From positions 10,106,001 to 10,170,000 of the forward strand of contig NC_134028.1 in the NCBI RefSeq assembly GCF_964204645.1: a stretch of DNA of 64,000 nt, written 5' to 3'. The notes below the pieces were generated by a model, which was not told where the DNA came from, searched no databases, and was given only the letters and a program-made list of their open reading frames with translations. A program made the translations under genes and the position numbers. Within the stretch, counting starts at the first letter, position 1; every line of letters starts with the position of its first letter. Origin of the DNA: Tubulanus polymorphus. Its lineage: Eukaryota > Animalia > Nemertea. Below, piece by piece: positions 50,901 through 61,105 of this stretch.

Positions 50901-51005
50901 TCCTGCAATAAAGTGGGGTTCAGTTTTTCGTTTGTATCTAGCTGTGTTGGAGTTATTTTTCTGCCTTTGGAGGATCTACAGTCCCAGGTCATTTTCCGTA
51001 TGACA
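44932..51005 (+). mobile_element. BEL/Pao LTR retrotransposon 3, intact, nested in the BEL2 integrase
   Basis: 205-bp LTRs 44932..45136 and 50801..51005 (TGTCA...TGACA), identical by eye; TSD ATATC; PBS TGGTCCCTCGAGCCG (tRNA-Tyr-like). Confidence 0.97.
45174..50606 (+). CDS. BEL/Pao Gag-Pol polyprotein (1810 aa)
   Basis: Uninterrupted: LPTFSG gag, three Cys/His knuckles, LFDDGSQRSF protease, YVDN RT, RNase H, HHCC-DDE integrase. Confidence 0.97.
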   Translation: MDEEDKKKLYNTRKGHRSHLTKLFTRGRDAVSQEQSVQGMSVVSMIKEKIQMMTDLDSNLLEFYSKEKEICDFIAESEDYLSERKIDLSVLEHSVQALTINVPSNRDFTTRPKRLTLEKLKLPTFSGNLLEWKSFWDLFCATVDEQSDLSGIEKFSHLITHLTGEAKECLEGLPLTDVNYFVAKKLLCDRFGQAHKIAEVYMTSLLSLPAPRYDLKSLRSFYDKLEKYIRSLDSIGKPTSNYGAMLVPVLRTKLPYEVNLSISKEHGNKDWDLDSLRTAIKNEVLTLEACNTLSCSNSTQAKSSTVTSLISTVDRVNYNRPVKQQLHRPNNSNRGKCAYCYSSNHYANQCEIITDPEIRFSMIRNANLCYSCLGKHRSRDCGSQQRCKSCGGKHHSSLCSASFFRRSQPKGVRAHLVSCERSVDGTAPTPQLVPAARNPTPQQQSTMSLINESNSYAKSETSIENVNISVAVNTVQTIPVHLKTAVGRVTGPEEHTFANILFDDGSQRSFVTEELANLLKLKIIKNADLNLCTFGATSTTNRKVDIVEINIICTDGSTLKVEAIVVPAITKPLLVPSDIETINEFKGLQFAQPIHYASDHIDISVLIGSDYYYNFIETEGTIRSSDGPVAVPTKLGYVITGPRKNGSSSNVSMLHVVSEPDSYNLGRFWSLDILGITPPVDETSNFLEEYLNSSISKEGGIYQAKLPWRVGYGPLPSNYSVAYGRTRSLARRLFQSSLLESYDGIIKYQLERDFIEKVAYPDPIDDLGKIHYIPHHAVFRESSTTPIRIVFDCSCRSSKNSLSLNDCLESGPCLLNELTSILIRFRLFDCAVTTDIEKAFLHVGLDKSDRDSTRFLWLSDSKDTESTFEVYRFKRVLFGAKCSPFMLNSTIIYHLRNSFKGKFTNNLLRDIYVDNISTSVNSVSDVIQFYKEARSLKENANFNFRCWASNSSQLRELAKHDGVLEPSRIVKNLGLMWDTDRDLIAYPKHAVIDESPITKRVILRRTAKIYDPLGFLTPVTLPSKLLLQDLWKQSYGWDDLLPKDICSQWFSINENLCRALDMTFQRKYFSDPNLRTTDLELHIFGDSSTRAYGAVAYLKSGSQSSLIMSKSRVAPVKELTIPKLELMAATVAARLSDHIQRSINPTIGSNSPIKSFHWTDSQIVLGWLNSGKKQTQFVNNRVSEIRKLTSLNSWFYCPGNVNPADLLTRGVHYNELTADLWLKGPAWLTNGSPLPEQPSTISINYVVAQNSDPIRKKESSIFTFQLGEVIDYSQFTSYSELVNVMALALRFIHNLKSIKEDRNHGPLSSSEIVNAEKLIIKYFQSALCAEIIQDLTSGTKRKKLSVVNQLQLYIDDEGIIRCKGRLQNADMSFDSKHPIFVPKSCMLSSLIINDAHLQVMHFGVSATVCKIRENFWIPQIRQAVKSQVRKCVTCRKVSGKPFTLPDPPPLPGYRVSRYPPFYYCGLDYCGPFVLKNGSNCYIALFTCTVTRAVHCEVVVSNSTDEFIRCFRRFTARRSVPRMLISDNASTFIGANSELKKIFEALSSTNFLSKRRIDWHFMTKRSPWHGGFYERLIGLTKSALKKCLGRAKVTLDEFSTLITEIECTINDRPLVRETSDINDINVLTPSHLVCGRKINSLPHPEFDINDPDYSNLSESELQNRYKFLVTLQDKFWDKWHKEYLVNLRESHKSVGDNYQNIKPGMLVLIHDAHVPRLRWKLAIITKILRGEDDLIRSVELKTANGFTNRPISKLVYLEVNVPVESIPVQNSISTDEKTQTPRPPTRASAIVAKDRISKQLKVLEDQDTDNA

Positions 51006-52382
51006 ATATCTACGAATCTCTAACAGTACACGAATATCTGCTTAAAAACTGCTGCGAATGGTCGTTCATTCCCAAACGTGCACCCTGGTTCGGAGGGTTT
51101 TTGGGAACGTTTAGTGGGTGTTGCCAAGTCTATTCTCAAAAAAGTGTTGGGACGTGCCCTTCTATCAGTTCAAGAGTTAATAACTGTCGTAACGGAGATC
51201 GAATCGGTGTTAAACAATCGTCCGCTTACGTATTTCTCTACGGATGTCAATGATCCGATGCCATTGACCCCGGCACACTTGTTGTATGGCCGTATGTTAA
51301 ACATCCTCCCTCACATTGTATTCTCGGATGACGAAATAAACGACCCGACCCTACTTTCGGTACAGACCATTCTAAATTCATAAAACGCGCGATAAGACTT
51401 TCCGAACTACAGAAACATTTTTGGAATAGGTGGTCGTCCGAATACGTGACCGCGTTACGTGAAAGACATATTACACTTCGGAAACGAGCGGGTCAAAACG
51501 TCATAAAGGTTGGAGACGTCGTACTCGTCCACGATGACGTAAAAACCGTGTTAACTGGAAGATGGTTTAGTTCGGTCAGCTAGAATACGTACGAACAATA
51601 TTATAACTTCGAGACCGATTAGTTAACTTTATCCGCTAGAGGTATCTAGTGTCGAAACCGATAAACCCGATATCGCGCCCGATACCTCTATGAGTGATCA
51701 ACCAGAGCGAAACGCGAAAACTATAAGACAATCGGCGATCAGAGCTCAACAGAACATTAAAAATGGACTGGATTAATTTCAGATTGACTCAAATCTTAAT
51801 TAATTAACTGTGTGTGTACTTATATCTATATTAATATCTAATCTTACATAGGTTTATATCGAAATATTTACTCTACTTAATCTGAATAACTCCGTAAAAT
51901 GTTCTTATGCAATTTCAAACACAACGCAATATAACCAATCTATTTCGCTTAATTGTTTTAGGGTATCACCTTAAGTGGCCCGGGAGAATGTCGGAAACAA
52001 CTTGATGTTACTGATACTACTGAACTGTCAAACAATATGACCTATATGTAACTCTGCATTCAGCCCCCTTTCCCGCCACTTGGCACTCTAATAAAGTTTC
52101 TTATAATGTACACACGGAATTCTTCTCAGCTGTTCTCGATCCTGTTTCTAGTGGATTCTCTACCACAACTGTTATTGCATTTAGTTGTACTAGTATGTTA
52201 AATTTTAGTTTTTTGTTGTATTGTTCATTTTTATCAAATGATTTATAAGCACTTCAGGGGCAATGATAAGTTTCCTTTACTTAAGAAAGGTGGCGCTTTG
52301 GTAAATGTGTGTTAGTTATCATGGTAGAATCAATTTAGGATTTTGAGAGTTAAGGGACTGGGTGCCCTTAAGGGGGAGGGTA

Positions 52383-52758
52383 TGTTGATGCCAGAACGTA
52401 TGGTATGGTGGCGCCCCCTTTTATGGTGCTCCCTGTTCCAGAAGTATAGCTGCAGGGCAGAACACGTTGTTGTAAGTTTATTTTAGTTTATATTGAGATA
52501 TGAAGATGTTAAACCTTTCGGATTTTTAAGGTCATTTTGTATTTTTCTAGAAATCTCGATATTCGGAGCTTGAATTATGTAAACAGCGGCTGCAGTGTTT
52601 TGTATGTGGAACTTCTGTGTACCATTACTGTTAGTGTTACAATTGGTTGGAACAACTGTACTGTTTGGAACAAATAAAGGAACGAAATCGAGCATATATC
52701 AAGAGCGAAATACGTCCTGGTTATTATTGGTATCGTCTGTTGGATTTTCGATGCTATA
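52383..52758 (+). repeat. 3' LTR of BEL1
   Basis: Follows the PPT; aligns with 17604..18020. Confidence 0.85.
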
Positions 52759-53088
52759 CAGGTGAAATGATGCTGACCGTCTTCACTCTCATCAATGCCT
52801 CTTAAAAAACAATACAGGGGTGAGGGAAGCAAACGGGCGAGAGGAGGACAAACGAACAGCGGCATTGAGTGAATTCACCACCAGAGAAGAAACAACTCCA
52901 CCCGGAGAAGATATCGATACATTTTCCTATTACGGTAACAGCCAAGAGAAACAAATAGAACCAGATGAAGAGATTGAAGAAAAAGAACCGACACCAGAGC
53001 CGCAACCACAGTCACTGGAACATGCAGTGAGACAAGAACCAAAACCAAGAAGAAGATGAAAATAGATTTTATTTAAAACAATTAACAG

Positions 53089-53257
53089 AATACAATTATT
53101 TAAATTTTCTTTTACTGTTTTAGGATCTAATATAATAAATTTATTATTTCTAGTAATATTTCTATCATAAGTTTGATTAAATTCATACGTTGGGCAAAAT
53201 AATACTATATTATCAAAATAGTTTTCATAAACAGTTTCTAATAAATTTAATATAAAA
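53089..53257 (-). pseudogene. Isolated ~170-bp duplicate of the copy C ATPase interior
   Basis: Near-identical to ~56606..56774 in the same orientation. Confidence 0.9.
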
Positions 53258-54542
53258 CTTTAGACATAGGACATGCAACTTTAGACATAGGACATCAAAG
53301 TTGAAAACTTTTTTTAATGAAACAATGGATAAATTCAATATAATTTATACTTCATTGATCCAATTATGAGAAAATAATTTCATTTCTTAAATTTGCACTT
53401 TAATTTCAAAGGCCTCCATCAATGTATGTTTGAAGCTATATAAAGCTCCGATATCGGGGCCCGCTAGTGACGTTCAACTACCACCTAACAACAGCTCTTC
53501 TGTATATGCAACGGTTCTACGCATGTACGAGGATGCACACCGCCAGAAGCTGTTACACTGGAATCAGGCATCAGTGATTAGAATAGCACTGGTAGCAAAG
53601 GACATTCCGAAACAATTCCGAATGCACTTACCACTGCGAGTGATCGATACCGATAAAAATCAAGACTACTCTTGAGACTGGGCTAAACAGTTACCACAAA
53701 CATGCCTGGACTTGATGAAAATGTCGATCCGTCACCACGACACGATGACGGAATACTTTCGCAAGAAGGTCAACTCCATCATGGCCGAATTCCTGAAGAT
53801 GTCCGGTTCATCGCAGCTACTACTAAACACGGCTGAAGCCGAGGTGGAATCGAAGAATATTGTACTGCAAAGAAATCAACTATAGGCCTATCATCATCAC
53901 CAAATCCGGTACAAACAGTATTTAACACACCACCTCCACCTCTACCAGTTAGGACTACACCAGTTAGGACTACAGTTACATCACAACTGCAGTCATCTAC
54001 AAAAGTAACCCCAGTTCATTCACTCCAAGGTATTTGAATTGAAATGGTCTTTAATTTTAGCTTGTTTCGATACATGTAAAATGAATGAATGAATATATAA
54101 TTTAATTGAAGCCTAAAATAAAAGGTTCAGCTTTACATTGTGATGAAAGTGCACAAACCTGAAAGTAATTGGAAGATGTGGGTTTCAGATCAGAGGGCGA
54201 GAGGGCGAAACACCACTCATCACCAAAAGTAATAATTCAATTGAGTATGAGACACCACTCATCACAGCTAGGCTCTAGTGAGAACGGACGATTGCTCTGT
54301 GATACACATATACAGTGAGTGCGCGTAACAACATCTGCGCGTGGATTGAACGATACAGTGAGTCTCTACTGAGAACGGTTATTAACGCGTGTGCTATTAC
54401 TGTAGTACAGTGATTGCGTGTCAACTGTACCCAGATAAATAGATGCTGTGAGGCTTGGGTGAGAACGGTTAATAGCGTGTTTGTTATATACAAGGGGAAG
54501 TAATCCCCACTCATCACCACAAATAATTTGTTTTCCTTATAA

Positions 54543-54848
54543 ATGGGAGATAGAAAAGCATTCTTAGCAACAATAAATAACAGAATAAAACCAGCAAAAA
54601 AACAATTTGAAATAAAAAAGTTAGTTGATGTTACAAAAGAAATTGAACATAAAATATTGAAATTAGAAAAGATAAAAACTAAATATGGAGAGAAAGTATC
54701 AGCGAATTTAAGCTACTGTAATGTTAGCACATCGCGAGAATTTAAAGTGTTTTTACCTGATAAATGGGTTTCATTGAGTACAGAGGAATTAAAAGATTTA
54801 GAAGGATTTAAAATAATCTATCATGGGAAAAATAATGGATATAAATAA
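54543..54848 (+). CDS. Small basic Polinton protein (TKYG...VFLP motif)
   Basis: TAAATG start; distant homolog of 25221..25431. Confidence 0.65.
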   Translation: MGDRKAFLATINNRIKPAKKQFEIKKLVDVTKEIEHKILKLEKIKTKYGEKVSANLSYCNVSTSREFKVFLPDKWVSLSTEELKDLEGFKIIYHGKNNGYK

Positions 54849-55050
54849 TAAAGATGGCCATCATGATTTAGAAATTGTTGATTAAATTTAAAAAAATAAA
54901 TTAATAAAAATAATGAATATCTAGAATCCGAAATGACTTATCTGGACAATTTAATTGCTCCGCATAGATGGTACCATAAACGGCACCCACACAGTGATAG
55001 ACAAAAGTAGTGAGATATTCAATTATTTTTTTTGCTTTTTTTCTAAAATA

Positions 55051-55419
55051 TTAATCCATTTTTTTAATTATCAATTTTGGAATTTCAGAAGTACTTTCAT
55101 TTTTGATAGCAGTTGGTTCAGAATTACTAATATCATGAATTTTATTTGATTTCTTATACCAATTACACCCAATCAAAATGAATACAATTACAAATCCAAC
55201 TGTAAAATATAAATATTTATCAAATATTCTATTATCAGAAGGAGTAGAAATAACAATATTTTCACCATTTTTATTAACATTTTTATTACTTATTTTTTCT
55301 TTTACAGCTTTTTTATATTCTTGTGATTTAATTCCTAATTGCCGAGACCATTTAATTTGCTTCTGAGTTCTCGGTTTTTTCTTCACAGTTAATTCCTTCA
55401 CTTCTTTCACCTCGCTCAT
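55051..55419 (-). CDS. Basic single-TM protein (122 aa)
   Basis: Homolog of 33224..33592. Confidence 0.75.
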   Translation of the reverse strand: MSEVKEVKELTVKKKPRTQKQIKWSRQLGIKSQEYKKAVKEKISNKNVNKNGENIVISTPSDNRIFDKYLYFTVGFVIVFILIGCNWYKKSNKIHDISNSEPTAIKNESTSEIPKLIIKKMD

Positions 55420-55956
55420 TTATTATAGAAATATTTTTACTTTCAATATTTGAAATGTTATAACCCCAGTTGATAATAATGTCATAAATCCGCCTAATTG
55501 AAATGATAAATATCCAATCCATTTATTTAATTCAGTCATAACTAAATAGTCATTTTATGAATCGGAATATAATCTATTTTCATCTTCAATTGGTAGTATA
55601 TAATTACATAATTTACCATAACCTTTTACTACATTTTCTGATATCGCGTCATTAATTCTAGCTGTTCTCGCGGCTTCATAAATCTTAAATAATCTAATAA
55701 TTTCAACTGATTTCATTGTATCTAATTCATTATAAGTTAAATTTTTATCGACAAAATTTTTACATTTTCCAGATGCTATTAATATTTCTAATTGATGTTT
55801 GCAATAAAGATAATATTCATAATTATTATTTGTTGTAACATTATTTAAAGCATCATCATCTGGAATTAATTTGTTTTCTGTTATTCCTAAATCATCTAAA
55901 GTTTTTTCAATTGGAACATCACCATTTTTAGATTTTATTTTCTTTTCACCTACCAT
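55420..55956 (-). pseudogene. Homolog of the 202-aa protein, frameshifted ~55557
   Basis: YEYYLYCKH.LE and NDYLVMTEL motifs shared with 33585..34193. Confidence 0.75.
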
Positions 55957-55987
55957 TTATATAACAAAAAAATTAGTTGTGATGTTG

Positions 55988-56228
55988 CAACTAGAATTCA
56001 ACTAGAATGTAACTAGAATTCAACTAGATTAACAAGCTAGTTGAAATATTGTTATTTTTGTTTATTTCTTGTTAAATCTAGTTGATTTTTGTTCCAACTA
56101 CCAATAACTAGAATTCAACTAGAATGTAACTAGAATTAAACTAGATTAACAAGCTAGTTACCATATTGTTAAAATCTAGTTGATTTTTGTTACAAATACC
56201 AATAACTAGAATTCAACTAGATTAACAA
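55988..56228. repeat. Intergenic array of ~11-bp AACTAGAAT(TC/GT) units in three blocks
   Basis: Blocks start ~55988, ~56107 and ~56204. Confidence 0.9.
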
Positions 56229-56239
56229 ACTAATTGAAT

Positions 56240-56848
56240 TTAAATAAATTCATATTTAAATGGGTGTTGTAATCTAAATAGTAATTTTGATCTTTTAATA
56301 TTTTTCAACTTATCCATATATTCATTATGTAAATCATGTGGAATAATATCATTTTCCTCAAGTGCATTTTTCATTGATTTTCTATCTTTATTGTAGAATA
56401 AAACTAGAAATCTTATATTCTCCCTAAAGTCTTTAACAATTAAATTATATTTTTGATTTAAAACCCATGTTGTTATCCCAAAATGTCTCCCAGAGAAAGC
56501 TACATAACATAACTCACTTTCTCTAACTTTTGAATCATGTAAATTTGCGCAATCATCTATGATAAATAATGTATTTGATCCTTTATAAATATCAATTGCT
56601 ATTTTAATACAATTATTTAAATTTTCTTTTACTGTTTTAGGATCTAATATAATAAATTTATTATTTCTAGTAATATTTCTATCATAAGTTTGATTAAATT
56701 CATACGTTGGGCAAAATAATACTATATTATCAAAATAGTTTTCATAAACAGTTTCTAATAAATTCAATATAAAATAAGTTTTTCCACAATTTGTTACGCC
56801 AGATATTAACATATTATGAGGCTCAAATATAAATAATTCTTTATTCAT
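56240..56848 (-). CDS. A32/FtsK-like DNA packaging ATPase, intact
   Basis: GVTNCGKT, FIIDD, SGRH and NQ motifs. Confidence 0.92.
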   Translation of the reverse strand: MNKELFIFEPHNMLISGVTNCGKTYFILNLLETVYENYFDNIVLFCPTYEFNQTYDRNITRNNKFIILDPKTVKENLNNCIKIAIDIYKGSNTLFIIDDCANLHDSKVRESELCYVAFSGRHFGITTWVLNQKYNLIVKDFRENIRFLVLFYNKDRKSMKNALEENDIIPHDLHNEYMDKLKNIKRSKLLFRLQHPFKYEFI

Positions 56849-57976
56849 TTATATATTTTTAATTTTACTTGATAATATCCATTCATTGAATTTATCTGAC
56901 CATCCAACCCATTTTACTAAAGAATATTTTTTTCTTTTAATAGTTTTTGTTTTTAATACTTTTTCAATTTTATATTCTTGTTCTAGATTTTCAGTAGTTA
57001 AACTTAATTCTTCTTCGTAAAAGTAGCCATCAACTTCTTCACCATCTAAATCTTCTAATTTATAGACATATGGTTTTGTTGTTATTACCTTTTTTATTTT
57101 ATATATTTCTCTAGTAAAATTTCGATCGTATCCTTTATCAAATATCTTTTTATACTTAGAAATTCTAACATTTTGACCAACTTTAAATTTAGGTTCACCA
57201 AAATCATCTACAAGAAATGCTCCATATAAATTATTCCAAACAATTTCAGCATTTTCAGGTTTTCTAGCATCAATAGGTTTCATTCCAATAGAAGAATGAT
57301 AAGAATTATTATATCCTTCTATCAATTTTGGTAAAACATCAATCCATTTAAAAGTATTATTTGCTGTAAAATATTTCCACATTCTTGTTCTTAATGTTCT
57401 ATTAAATCGTTCAACAACTGCTGCTTTTTTATCTGATTTTGTTGAAAAATATTTAATATTATGATTATCTAAGAGTTCATGAACAAGTGAATTATCAAAC
57501 TCTTTTCCATCATCAAATTGTATTTTTTCTGGTTTTAGTTTATCATCCAAAAAAAATTTTCTTAAAACATTTGATGTTTGTACAGCATATTTTCTATAAA
57601 GTGGGAAACTCCATACATAACGACTAAAAATATCAATTATATTCAATAACCACCAATAATCATTATTATCTTTCTTAACATTTTTCATATCAATTAAATC
57701 TCCTTGCTACTGTTGATCTACATAACTTACCATAGTTTTACGAGTTTTATATTTTCTAACAATTTTTTTATGTGTTGTATATGTTGGTTGTTCTAACATA
57801 AATTCATTTATATCTTTATATTTAACTATATTTTGTGGGATTATCTCATCTAATTTATCTTGTTTTACTTTACGCCATATATTTTTAGTAGAAGAATAAG
57901 CAACCGAACTCTCAGGGTTGTAATATAAATTTCTTAAATATTTTTCTTTAGTATTAGGAGTTTTTTTACCACCCAT
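56849..57976 (-). pseudogene. rve integrase with chromodomain, one in-frame stop
   Basis: QQ*QGDL (TAG at 57707-57709 replacing W), QFDDGKEF, ERFNRTLR, VKWVGWSDKFNEWI. Confidence 0.92.
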
Positions 57977-58006
57977 TTATATATCCTTAATTTTAACTTT
58001 ATATTT

Positions 58007-59207
58007 CTAATATTGAATACTATCTAATTGTGAATTTACAATATTTAATTGTGCGTCAGATATAATATAAATATGCATTTTAAAATTTTTGTCCCCTCTT
58101 TTCTTCGCCATGAATAATTGTATTCCATCTTTAGTGTTCTGTAGTTTTTTCCCAGAACCATGTAATGAATTATCCTCTGTTGTTCTAAAATCTAACCATA
58201 ATGCATATTTATTACCGGTATAATAATCAATTTGATTAATATTACAATTTTCAGATGATTTTACTTTTTCATTCATAAAATGTTTTCTAATTTCTGGCCA
58301 TTGATCAATCATTCTCATTCCTTGACAAAATATTTTATTTGCTATTCCTGCGATAGTTATTTCAACTTTTGTTATTTCAGGATTATAATAATTATCTACC
58401 TTTATTGCGCCATTAGAATATGTTGCAATAGTAAAAAATATTAATATACCTTTAATAGATCTTCTTGGGAAGTTAATATTCCCATTAATTATTTCATCAT
58501 TTGCATTCATAGTTACAGTTTTAAATTTATCAATATAATCATATAATAATGAAAATCCTTGATTGTATTGAGTTTGAATTGTGCTAGCAATATTTTCATT
58601 AGTTACTGTGTTATATTCTAAACATATATTCGATAATTTATAACCCATATCTTTAACAACGCTAGATAATACAATTTCATTTACAGGAGCAAATGTTATC
58701 TCAAATATAATATCTTCTTGAATTGCATATTTATATAAAGGTGCATTGTTATTTATCAATTCAAAGTCTAATGGAATTTTATATTTGCTTCCATAAATCT
58801 TTTTAATCAAATTATCTGTGGCACGAGTTACTATTGCGTCATTAGCTCCTGATCTTAATTTATTATGGTTTTCCGATTGAATACCCTGAAATATCATGTT
58901 ATTTCTATTTTCTTTAGTTAACCATAAATCTTTATAATGCATAAATAAATTATAATCATCTAATGAGAAAACTGTTTCTGGACCAATCTTTATAATTAAT
59001 TTTTTAATCAAATATCTCCCAACATTATCGACAACATAATAATTATCATGACCAGTTACTTTTATATCGGCTGATAAATAAATACTGTTTGGAACATAAA
59101 AAGTATTTTGTGTTAATCTAGGAATTCTAACATATAAAGTTTCATCATGCTTTAATAGCATTAGATATTCTAGAAATCTTAGAAGGACTTATATAACTCC
59201 CACTCAT
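58007..59207 (-). pseudogene. Major capsid protein; 5' deletion near 59147, remaining ~380 codons open
   Basis: ATG 59207 (TAAATG); lacks the ERSHHIITHNPSNINP segment; otherwise near-identical to copy B. Confidence 0.75.
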
Positions 59208-59226
59208 TTATTTAACAAATAATTAA

Positions 59227-60588
59227 TTATTTATTTTTGATCATGTTTACTAAACCAAAAATAATAGCACTTACAACTGTAATTAAAAATAAAATAATAT
59301 GTTCAGCAAAAAAGTTAAGAATATTCCCAGCAGATTTCAATATAAAACCAACAATTGATGCAATAACTCCTGGCAATGCTGCAGCAGATTTTTTAGATAG
59401 TTCCCATAAATATTTTGCTAATTTCTTTAAACCATCCTTAACTTTATCTTGTATAGAATTATTATCATTCGGGGGTTTATCCGGTTTATTGGGAGTAGGA
59501 GTAGATTTCAAAGCATTTGATATTGCTAAACCAATTGTTGTAAATAACATAGTTACAGCTGTTAGAATTGAAAGAATTGTTATTCCTTCTAATTTAAATA
59601 ATAACTTTATTCTATCTTTTAATGATATTTCAGAATTTGGTTTAATCAACAAATCTTTAAAAATAACTTTTAATCTATTAATATTATAATCATATGATTT
59701 TAACAATAATTTAATTTCTTCTTTTTGTAATTCTATGTTATATTCTAAATCATCTTTTTCTTTTTCTAAACGTAATTCATTTTGCCTATATTCTATTTCA
59801 TCAATTACTTGATGATCTAAATCAGACTTTAATTGTTCTATTTCTTTATTTTTATCAGTTAATTCTTTTTCTAAAGTTCTAATTTTAAAATCTCTTATAC
59901 TTTTATCATGCGCAATTTTATTAGATGCAAGTCTTATACTAATAATTTCTCTAATTGCTTTATCAGAAAATATATCTAAATCTCCTAATTCTTGATCTGT
60001 TGCATCAATTAATCCATTAGGTAAAAGTTTTTCAATTGTAACTTTATTTGATTTAAGTTTACTATTTTTGGAAGTTATATTCTGTTCAGAAGTTGTTTCT
60101 GTTTCTGATTTCTTTTTGATTATTCCAAATAATTCATTAATTCTTTGTTTAAATACATCTATATTATCATCTATTTCTTTTTGTGTAACATCAGTTATTT
60201 CATTACTATTACTTATTATTTTAATTCTATCTGGTTTTAATTTTTCTAAAGTTGATTCTGATAATATTTTATTTTTATTATTTTTATTTATAAATGATAT
60301 CAATATAATAATCACCTTTCAAACGATAATAACATTTACCATTATCTAAAAATTTTAATTGATCTGCTAAAAGTCCAACGTCTTCATCATTTATATTAAG
60401 TTTAGATTTTTCAATTAAATCTTCTAATTTAGGTATTTTGTTTAAATTATCTAAATCTTGTTTTACTAAATCTGGGTCTAAATTTTCAGGATTTAATTGT
60501 GATTCAGCATTTTTTATATAATCAGGCATATTCAAATTATTATTATATTCTGGCTCATTACCATCATTAAAACTTGTTTCATTAAAAC
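59227..60588 (-). pseudogene. Large coiled-coil/membrane protein, 5'-deleted and frameshifted (~60290)
   Basis: C-terminus shared with copies A and B; middle shared with B. Confidence 0.8.
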
Positions 60589-61089
60589 TTAATCTATATT
60601 AAATTCATTACAAATTTTATAAAACTTTGATAAATTAATATTATTATCTAATTCTTTAAAATATCTTGATCCTGGTAAAGCGCACTCTAATTCATTTAAT
60701 ATTATTCTGATTTGAAAGTATGTATGAAATCTAAATAAACTTTGAATTAATTTATATTTAGAATTATTCAAATGATCATTCCAACTAATTCCACAACCTG
60801 TTGTTGCGCAATAAACAGCAAAATTTAATTGGTTCTGCCAATACTTCATATTAGATTTTAATAACCATTGTTTTTCATCTTTCAATTTTTTAAAATTAAT
60901 TAAATATACATGAAATATATTTTCCATCGTTGCATTAAAATTATTAGTTTCAGTAACATAAATTTCTAAATTAGTTAATGAATCTAAAACTTCATTTCTA
61001 TATGTAATATCTTTATTAAAATCTATTGCTGGAATATTATATTTAATTGATTTATCATATTGGAAAGCTTTTGGAAAACTATCTACCAT
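60589..61089 (-). pseudogene. 462-aa protein, truncated at residue 166 by an internal deletion
   Basis: Matches the N-terminus of 1449..2837, then joins the next gene. Confidence 0.85.
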
Positions 61090-61105
61090 TTATTTAATAA
61101 AACAA

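Larger units (their letters stand above)
40251..52167 (+). mobile_element. BEL/Pao LTR retrotransposon 2, nested in the BEL1 3' region
   Basis: 179-bp LTRs 40251..40429 and 51989..52167 (TG...CA, several mismatches), TSD ACTGT, PBS TGGTGCCGTGACCAGGAT (tRNA-His-like). Confidence 0.95.
17604..52758 (+). mobile_element. BEL/Pao LTR retrotransposon 1 (outer element, carrying three nested insertions)
   Basis: Matching LTRs 17604..18020 and 52383..52758, TSD CAGGT (17599-17603 and 52759-52763), PPT agggggaggg before the 3' LTR, gag-PR-RT-RH-INT order. Confidence 0.9.

Noticed and set aside
53400-54030. Degraded ORF resembling a Penelope ORF N-terminus
   Set aside because: No diagnostic motif; cannot be supported without a search.
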